A DNA stretch of 59,908 bases, counting the filler, from Nemertoderma westbladi (lineage: Eukaryota; Animalia; Xenacoelomorpha), in the NCBI GenBank assembly GCA_032718475.1. It is 3 parts of 3 records of this genome, joined end to end, with 100 filler letters (N's around TTAATTAATTAA, not from the genome) between each part and the next. Parts side by side here need not be neighbours in the genome. Positions count along the whole stretch, not along the records: positions 26,357 to 53,051 come from JAUCBJ010002242.1; positions 53,152 to 59,908 come from JAUCBJ010000129.1; 1 more part is not named here. The stretch is one strand, 5' to 3'. The notes under the pieces were generated by a model. That model was given only the letters and a program-made list of their open reading frames with translations. It had not been told where the DNA came from and ran no database searches. The first letter of the stretch is position 1. Each line of letters begins with the position of its first letter. The translations under genes were made by a program, and so were the position numbers. Below are positions 52,011-59,908 of the stretch, piece after piece.

Positions 52011-53051
52011 CGGTATTTAGTATTAACATTCAATAACTAAAATGAGATGAGAAGTACCGGTAGTGAGTTCTATTGTAGTTAATGTTATATAATGACAAAT
52101 TTAATGTATTTATTAAATAGAAGAAAATAGCCTCGCACGGTTGCAGAACCAAGCAACATTTGAACGTTATCAAGTTAAACTGCAGTTATTCTACAACCTT
52201 ATAGTGATTTGTTGGTACTGGAAAGAACTGGCCATTCAAGGATTCCATATATGTAACTCAATCTGAATTTCGTCGTAAAATAGCTGAGGTATGAGTGTTA
52301 AAAAGTTCCATGGTTATGCCTCTATATACACCTAACTAATTTATTCTATCTCCCGCTGTCAGAACATTACCTTGACCTTGCTCCAAAAGAGATCAGGGAT
52401 TCTTTGTCCATCTGGTATGGACGTAGTCTGGTCGTTGTTCCAGGTAGTTGTGATGGGTGGCCGCCTTTGATATAAATCATGGTTTGAATTGCAATAAAGT
52501 AGGTGGTCGGTCTACTTGTTATCCAATGACAATGAACTCCATGATGTCAGTAGTGACCTAGCTTCCTTAGCATCAGGGGGGATGCAATGTGATGCTTGTG
52601 CCCATAGTTAGAGAACATGCAGGTTTAGATAGAGAGGCTGGACTATGGTGCAATATAGTCCGAGGGGCGTACACGTACAAACCACTGACCCAGGCGTAGT
52701 TGTACGTACATTAAAGTTATAAACCTTGGCAGTGAGTGACACGTGGGACACCCCCAATGCCGAATCAGCAAAAGATGCAAAGTGTCCGAGACCGGAGTGA
52801 CCGATGCAAAGTGACCGAGTAACAAGCCAAACAAACTCGTGAGGATCTTTGATGAGCGGATTTACCACAAATGGGATTTCCCCTACAGCATGGTTATGGC
52901 TTTGGTACGCTGCCGTGTGTTCAGCTCTCTATCATTCATGGAGCATCCCGTTGCTTAAGGGTATTGAGGAAAAAGTTGTGGTTTGGGAGCTGAAGATGAA
53001 CAGGCTTGCCGTCCGAATATCGAATGAACAAAAATACATATATTAGTAGAC

Positions 53052-53151
53052 NNNNNNNNNNNNNNNNNNNNNNNNNNNNNNNNNNNNNNNNNNNNTTAAT
53101 TAATTAANNNNNNNNNNNNNNNNNNNNNNNNNNNNNNNNNNNNNNNNNNNN
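53052..53151. other. Scaffold gap (44 N + TTAATTAATTAA + 44 N)
   Basis: Synthetic linker. Confidence 0.97.
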
Positions 53152-53159
53152 TAGTAGTA

Positions 53160-53870
53160 GTATATTCTGTAAGGGGGTTTGTGTTGGGCTTATTTCTGAT
53201 TGGCCTACTTACCCTTGGTAGTTTGTAATCTCCTTTATTAGTGATTGTTTTTTCTTCAAAATACGACTGTACATTTCTTGAGATTTTCTAAAAAATACCT
53301 GTGACATTTAGTTATTAATTCCTTGCATTGATGTGTGTCTGTAACCCTTCTTATTTTCGCTTTAAGTGATAAAAAATTCGCACATAACTCTTTTTTGCGT
53401 AACTCTGCATGTTTAATTAAAATTGTTAAAACGGACTTTTCAGCAACCTCGATTGTATTCCTAAGGGATGTTTGTAAATCCTTAATTCCAGGTAAAATTC
53501 CTGGTAAATTAATATTATACTTAAATCTAATACCTCGAGGAATGACTCCATTAATTTCACAATCCTTAAGAAAATGTAATTGGTATTCACATGACTTTAA
53601 ACTCACTCCTATATTAGAAAGTTGAAAGTAGAGGGATAGTTTTCCGGAATCTGTATTGTTATAGCTAGACATTATATTCTTCCACGGCTTAGATAATATA
53701 GATTATAAATTTAGCAAGTCAAAGCCGTTGGGGTGTGGGATCCGGTTACAAAAATTAAATATATAAATATAATTGTAAGGAAACCAAGATCAACCACGTT
53801 AAATAAAAATTATAAGAAATTACACAAGCTTTCGAAATAATATAATATTTATTTTTCAAGTGATTTAAAT
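53160..53870 (-). mobile_element. Penelope-like element 5' region: pLTR-like leader with hammerhead-variant motif and ORF N-terminus
   Basis: ORF 53256-53672 has QLHFLKDC..GVIPRGI, typical of the Penelope N-terminal domain. Upstream lies CACTTGAAAA..stem..CGAAAGCTTGTG at 53822-53862. Confidence 0.7.
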
Positions 53871-54606
53871 AATTAAATAAATAAATAACTAATTCATTAC
53901 AGTTTTCATGAAATTAAGCGTCTACAGTACATTAGTCTACATAATGAGTTCTCTAATCTGGATTAAATACGTATAAGCCGAAATTATTGCAAACCGCTTC
54001 ATTTATAGTGTTGAGACCAAATGGCTTGATTATTCTTAAGGTGCACTGCCAGTATCCTTCCCTATATATATATATATCTCTATTATATATATATATACAG
54101 TACAAAGCATTTATTTAAATCTCAAAACTAACGAAAATAAGCATCTTAATACTAATACAGTAAACTTATATTTATAAATATACGTAACTAGTACCAGTAC
54201 CGGTACAATATTTAAGAAACCAATACGCACTAAAATAACCTGAATATGGTAGTAGTATTACCTTCAGTACTCTACGAGATATACATAAATATTGCATCAA
54301 AATTATAACACAAGACTAGTTAACACTGACTCAGTCATATTTTTACGTAAAACAATCTTAAAATTAATATTAACATAAAATAGAAGATTCTAACTTGAAA
54401 CGATTTAAATATATTGCCGTAATTAAATAAAATTATCAAAAGTTTATCAGCTTACATTGTGAGGTGACCCTTTATCATTACACCATTATAGAAAAATATA
54501 TGTAACATGCACCGGTATGAATGAATGTGCCGTTTATAAAATATGTAGGCAGTTAAGTTATGGGGGGTGTGAGGAACAGAGAAAGGGGGGGGGGGGGGGG
54601 GGGGGA

Positions 54607-55035
54607 CTGGACGCAAATCCCGTCTTGGCGAATTAATATCCCGCCTCAATGTTAAATTCTCAATTTAAGGAAAGGAGCACGTTCACCCGGGTGAAAATCA
54701 TTTATCACCCGGGTGAAAATCATTTATCACCCGGTGAAAAACAATTATCACCCCGATGAAAAATATTTCAATGTTTAACTATGAATTTCGTTTATTGTTT
54801 TGGTTAGAATAACATGCCACTATAACCTGATCCTTTTCCTTAATTGATTACTAACATTCGTCGAGATATTAATTCGTTAAGAGCTGAAGGGTGAATCTGG
54901 ATCAAAGTGAGCATTCAATATTATTTCTAAGGTAACTAACTAAATGCGTTCAGTGTTCTGACACAGGTTTTTCAACCGGGTGATAAATGTTTTTCACCCG
55001 GGTGATAAATGTTTTTCACCCGGGTGAAAAATAAT
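54607..55035. mobile_element. Rearranged MITE fragments with ~21-bp palindromic TCACCCGGGTGA repeats
   Basis: The 54607-54680 and 54790-54885 blocks match the 4.4/14.3 kb family in opposite orientations. TCACCCGGGTGA arrays occur at 54682-54765 and, inverted, at 54968-55030. Confidence 0.6.
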
Positions 55036-56234
55036 TTTAAAAATAGAAATAATTGTCCCCAATCAGACACCGTAGGTGTGTGTGGGTAGTGTCCGCATTT
55101 TGTGATATAGGCCTGTACGCGGGGTAGGTTATAGATGGAAATTCCAGGAATTAGTGCATACAGACTTTATAAACGGCCATATACTATTACTAGTTACTAC
55201 TATATAAATATGCATATGATATGTAATGCAATTAAACCTCACGCTATTATTATTAAAATTAAGTAATTATCGATATATTTCTGTGTGTCAAAAATAGTGA
55301 ACCTGATTTTCAATCCTGAGAATAATTATATATGTACCCTTCTTCTGGGGGCAGTACAATTTCAGGGCAGAAAATACGGATATTTAATATTTTGTCCAAG
55401 TACAGCACAGCATAGCAAGCACACTAGTATATACGGTCGGTACTTCAAGTTTTTTTTAAGTGCCAATGGAAAAGCACGAGGTAGGCCTCAACCAAATAAA
55501 CTAAATGGAAACCTAAATCAAAGTTAAGGTTTACTGTATTATTATAGAGTCTACTTAAAAAAGAATGAAAAAAAAATTAGAAAACTGACATGATGACCAA
55601 GTACAGTCAGTACAATAGGGTTGAGTATAGTGGCGGCACAGATGATTTGTATTAGTGGCATTTGGGAGGTCAACTAGGCTAACACTCAAATAACAACAGT
55701 AATAATAAGACATAAATAGGAGACATAAAACATACTTCTGTACTTGGTGGTAATACCCAGAATACCAGGTCTACCTAATACAAGAGCTGCTATCCGAACT
55801 GTTAGAGTGTCAAAGCTCCAACCTCTAAAGGTCACCAGTTCCCGTTCCCGCCTGAACGTCAATGCCGACTTGCTATGCTGTGCCTAATGAAAATTAGAAT
55901 ACCAGTATTGACAGTTAGTAAAGACATCAATACAAAAAAAAAACTCAAAGGTGTGTGTCAGGTCCGATATTTGGAGTATTCAGATTTTTTGTTTTCTTTA
56001 TGGAAAAGAAATATACATACATGAATACACACATATATAAATACTCACCCATGTTCGGCATCCCTGTTAAACTGAAAGTATATCGAGACATGTAATTTCA
56101 TCATAAGAAACACCATCACCATCAGTTGGGTCAGTATATTTGTTACAACATGCATGCATTTGATAAATCACAAGGTACCAGTACAACAATGCATGTTACT
56201 ACACTGAATTACAGAAATGGTGTTATCATTACGA

Positions 56235-57572
56235 TTACTCCATTAAGTTTGCATGTGTTGATCTTGCTTCATCAATCAGGTCTGATGGACGTCTCTCACA
56301 TATATGGCTGATACTGGCGAGAAATCCTCCTAAGTCATCAGCCTTGTTGGATGAAGATGCCAACGTTGTTTCAATGTGTCCGTTAATCATTTCTTTAACA
56401 AGATTGTAAGCGAGTGATTCCTCATATCTGTAAACTGAAAGAAAGATCATCGCATTGAAGACGACACGATGGGTTTGGAAAAGTAACCCAAATAGGCTTA
56501 TACACCTTTTGGTTATGTTGCAGCTGCTTTGGGAGGTTACAAGGGTGAGTATATCTGCAATTATCAAGCTTGCAGGTGCTAGTTCCAACTGAATTGAGTG
56601 AGTACTCACATTTGAAAAGAATAAAAGGAGGATTTTAAGGAGTAGGTACTCATTATCTGTAATTCCAAGATGATAGAAGCAGTTAACCAGGTTGAATAAA
56701 CCATTAATGATGTGCTCGATGGCAGGACGGTCTTCAGATGACAAGAGAGATAGTGCTTGAGATCGGGATAATATTAAATTAGGAGCAAATTGGAGGGTAT
56801 CAGCTGAAGAATCAAAACGAGCAGATGATGCAGCTACATTGAGAACAAACAGGTAAAGCCAGGAGGATTCAATCAGCTGACACTGTGTTCCATGGGTTAG
56901 GGAAATAAACAATGGGATGCGTTTCGCCCAATTAATAAGAAAAACAAGGTTGCAGTCAGCAAGGAGTGAGAGCGCTAGGAGAAAACCCTGACGGGAGAAA
57001 GTTGCTAAGTCATAGTTGATATCTGAATCTGATAGGGGATTCGTAAGTTCAATGTTCTGCAAATGAGCAAGGATCTGATGCGCTTCAGAAGAAATGTCCA
57101 TAATCACACTATATGGGGATTTGATGTGTTGATTATGGCTATCATCAAACCCTGAAAATTTCTGCTCAATTGGTTCTGGGAATTCATATTTTACAATAGG
57201 CCTACCAGGTTTTTTATCACTAATTCTAACTGTCTGACTGCGACCACCACGTTTTCGATCCTCTCGTACCATTTTCGTTTGCATTCCCAATTCCAAACAT
57301 TTACAGAAGCGACATGACTGACAGTTTTTCCGCGTGAATTTGTTCATAAGGCATTTGTTGCCAGAGAAACAAGAAAATTTAATGCGAAGTTGAACAGTTC
57401 TGCGAAAAAATGCTTTACATGATTCACATGTGAGGGCTCCATAATGGTGGCCAGTAGCTATATCTGCACATACCAAACAGATACGTTGAGGTTTTTCCCT
57501 GTATGGACCATTAAATATACACACTGGTTTATCACCATTACATGTGCCGTCACATTCAAAAGGCTCAGACAT
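56235..57572 (-). CDS. Intronless nuclear receptor, NR3-like (ER/ERR-related), 445 aa
   Basis: Two C4 zinc fingers (CLVCADIATGHHYGALTCESCKAFFRR..CQSCRFCKCLELGM) and CTE VREDRKRGGRS. LBD signature LADCNLVFLINWAKRIPLF..Q..LIESSW, LQFAPNLIL, and AF-2 LVKEMI. Confidence 0.93.
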   Translation of the reverse strand: MSEPFECDGTCNGDKPVCIFNGPYREKPQRICLVCADIATGHHYGALTCESCKAFFRRTVQLRIKFSCFSGNKCLMNKFTRKNCQSCRFCKCLELGMQTKMVREDRKRGGRSQTVRISDKKPGRPIVKYEFPEPIEQKFSGFDDSHNQHIKSPYSVIMDISSEAHQILAHLQNIELTNPLSDSDINYDLATFSRQGFLLALSLLADCNLVFLINWAKRIPLFISLTHGTQCQLIESSWLYLFVLNVAASSARFDSSADTLQFAPNLILSRSQALSLLSSEDRPAIEHIINGLFNLVNCFYHLGITDNEYLLLKILLLFFSNVSTHSIQLELAPASLIIADILTLVTSQSSCNITKRCISLFGLLFQTHRVVFNAMIFLSVYRYEESLAYNLVKEMINGHIETTLASSSNKADDLGGFLASISHICERRPSDLIDEARSTHANLME

Positions 57573-58017
57573 TATTATTCAATTTAGTTTTCCATTGCAT
57601 TCCATACAGGGCCTACACAGCTGCTACAGCCCTAATACCTGAATACAGTGCAGCAGTAGCAGTACGGGGTACAGCTGACCAGTAATATATAGGCCTATTT
57701 CTCTAATAATGTAGATACTTTGTCATTGCAGCATTGTGATGTAGGCAGGCCGGAGCAGGGACGTATTAAGGGGGGTGCAACAGGTGCTTTCGTTGTCAAG
57801 GTGCTGCAGGCACAATTTGCATGACAGATAACCTTATCACAAATATACAAAATGTGGTATAGTATGGCCTATAGTACACTGGTACATACTTTGCCAAGAT
57901 TCAGTTTATGGTAAACAAATTAAATTCGAGGAAATGGAAGAATCTTTTCAATTTCTGTTAGCGAATTCAATTCCGCTAACCACCCCACAAAGTTGGACAA
58001 GCAGGGCCTTTAAGCAA

Positions 58018-58536
58018 TATTGGGGAGTACGAGGTTGATTGCCAATCGACCTCGTATCACCCCAATAAACGGGGACGACAAACCCCAAAGGGCACACACA
58101 CAACGGGGGTCAGAGGTTACACCTCCGGGAGAGGGAAAGTGACAGTGGAGGGGGAGAACACTCCCAGAGAGATGGGAGGGCGAGAATTAGGTTATTAGCC
58201 AATGGGGGGCAGGCATCCGCTGAGTAATATGGCCAACCTAGAGCAGTATATTACCAGTTGTTGTTTCTCATATCATTCACTTAGTTAGTCAGTTCAGTTA
58301 GGGCAGAACGGCAACCTTTATTACCGTCCACTGCCGCCACCATCATCAACTATTTTACCGGTGTTTCATTCACTTACTTAATTCAATAACTGTGTCTATG
58401 CTTTATTCATTCACTATATTTATACATATTAATCAACAACTTCAGAACTCTCAATCCAATAGAACTCTTTTCTACACACGGCGGGGACGCGTAAATAAAA
58501 CCAACCAACCGGTCGGGATTCCCGGATCCCGTCACA
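58018..58536 (+). mobile_element. Putative 5' LTR of a BEL/Pao element
   Basis: Sharp rise in GC, CATTCACTTAGTTAGTC tract, AATAAA at ~58494, and a CGTCACA end followed by GTAATAAAAG and the gag ORF. The left boundary is uncertain. Confidence 0.55.
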
Positions 58537-58597
58537 GTAATAAAAGATCTGACGCCTGAAACTGTGACTGCCAGCCACCAGTAAAGCAAAGTTAAAG

Positions 58598-59908
58598 ATG
58601 AGCCAGGGAGGAGAGACAACAACGCCACGGACCCCGGACGATACGAACGAAACAATCCGCGAGGCCGCGACGCGGCGGTACTGACCCAGGACGCCGGAGT
58701 CGTCAACCCCGAACGATCCGGCAGCCCAAGTGGAGGGCGGTCATCTACCAGAGGAGAGAGACAAGTCGACACACGACGGCGGTCGACGTACCGATGTCGC
58801 CGGCCAGCCACAGGCTGAGGGTGATGGATGGCCCACCAGAATGGCGACGGTGGAGCCGCCGGTACAACGCCGAACACGGAGAGAGAGAGGAGATGTCAGC
58901 GACGAGGACGTCAGAGTTAGCGACCGGCTCCGACGGGCCTACAACGCAACCAGGAAGCAGCTGAGGGAAGCTAAAGGTGGGGCGAAGATAGACAAGGTGA
59001 AGCTAGAAAAGCGGCTAGGTGAGTCGAATAAACATTTTGATTATCTGGTGCGCTTTGGGCAGGGAGAACTAGCCGATGAGAGAGCGAGAGGGGTCGCTAC
59101 GGAACTGTTTGAACTGTGGGAATATAGGGGTATGGAGCCCGGCGTAGTGTACGTAGGGCCATACTTAGTCGATGCCCGGGGAATTAAGTTAGTGGGTTGG
59201 AGAGGACCGCAGGAGGGCGAATCCGAGGTTAACCCCGAGGATTCGGTCTCGTCGGTCGGCGAAAATTCCAGGAAGCGGGGGAAAGTTAGTAGGACGGGAA
59301 GGCGGCGGGAGTCCGTCGCGACCGATAAGTCTGCTACATCCTCCGCAAAAGTAAGACGGGTGCTAGAAATAGATCTGGCGTGCCAGCTCGATCTGGCGTG
59401 CCAGCTCAATCTGGTGGCGCTAGACCAAAGAGAATTAGAAAGGCAGTTGGAAGAAGGGAGTGCGTTACTAGAGAAAGAGAGAGAGAGCTGGCCAGAGAGA
59501 ATAAAGAGAGGGCCGAGAGGGTCGCGAGAGAGCTTTAAGGAGTGTGAAGAAATAGGAAGGAGGGAAAGGAAGGAGCAAGAAGAGCGTGAGGCAGCGAGAG
59601 AGGCGATAGGGGAGAGGGCTGAGAGTGAACATAAAGAGCGTGAGGCGAGAGAGGAGAATGAACGTAAAGAGCGTGGAGCGAGAGAGGAGAATGAGCGAAG
59701 AGAGCGCGAGGCGAGACGACTTGAGAGAGTTAGAGAGGGGCGGAATTGGCCGAGCAGAGTTCACGAGAGGACAGGGAGAGAGAGATAACGGGAAAACGTA
59801 TGCGGGATGACATGCACGCCCGGTTGAGGGGACTTATGCAGTACCAGGCAAAACAGAAGCGCCGACTGGAACTGGCGCAGATGGGCTGTCAGAGAGCGAG
59901 GCTGGCTC
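58598..59908 (+). mobile_element. BEL/Pao-type gag N-terminal region (disrupted), continuing past the window
   Basis: ATG at 58598 is in frame with ORF 58730-59788 across one TGA. The motif VNPEDSVSSVG..S..SSA followed by an E/R-rich coiled coil is typical of BEL gag. Confidence 0.7.

Noticed and set aside
52371-53040. GC-richer segment with a donor-like AAG|GTAATG and in-frame TAA/TAG; considered as an exon or as sign of a variant genetic code
   Set aside because: Stops occur in all frames, and intact genes here end in TAA. More likely an unclassifiable decayed retroelement.
58407-59764. Minus-strand ORFs over the LTR element
   Set aside because: Antisense shadows of the GC/purine-rich gag region.

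Overview
AT-rich, repeat-dense animal (invertebrate-type) genomic DNA with spliceosomal introns and two 100-bp scaffold gaps. Three host genes lie on the minus strand. (i) The last two exons of a rhodopsin-class peptide GPCR of the ETH-receptor/PRXamide-receptor type (8868-9007, 2963-3673); its TM1-2 exon was not found. (ii) A spliced, very divergent FERM-like (KRIT1/FRMD8-like) gene at ~46.5-51.7 kb that the ORF track misses. (iii) An intronless NR3-like (ER/ERR-like) nuclear receptor with an atypical CESCKA P-box (56235-57572). The rest is mobile DNA. An RTE LINE family with (TAG)n tails includes one copy with a 615-unit pure tail inside a TSD, and one internally deleted copy with a 63-bp TSD and an HDV-like ribozyme candidate. 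Also present are an RTE-X-like LINE with a Pro-rich minisatellite in ORF2, L2/CR1 fragments, Penelope fragments with hammerhead-like motifs, Gypsy and BEL/Pao LTR remnants, nested MITEs, a Transib-like RSS-shaped end and several minisatellites. All family assignments come from recalled motifs; no database searches were run.
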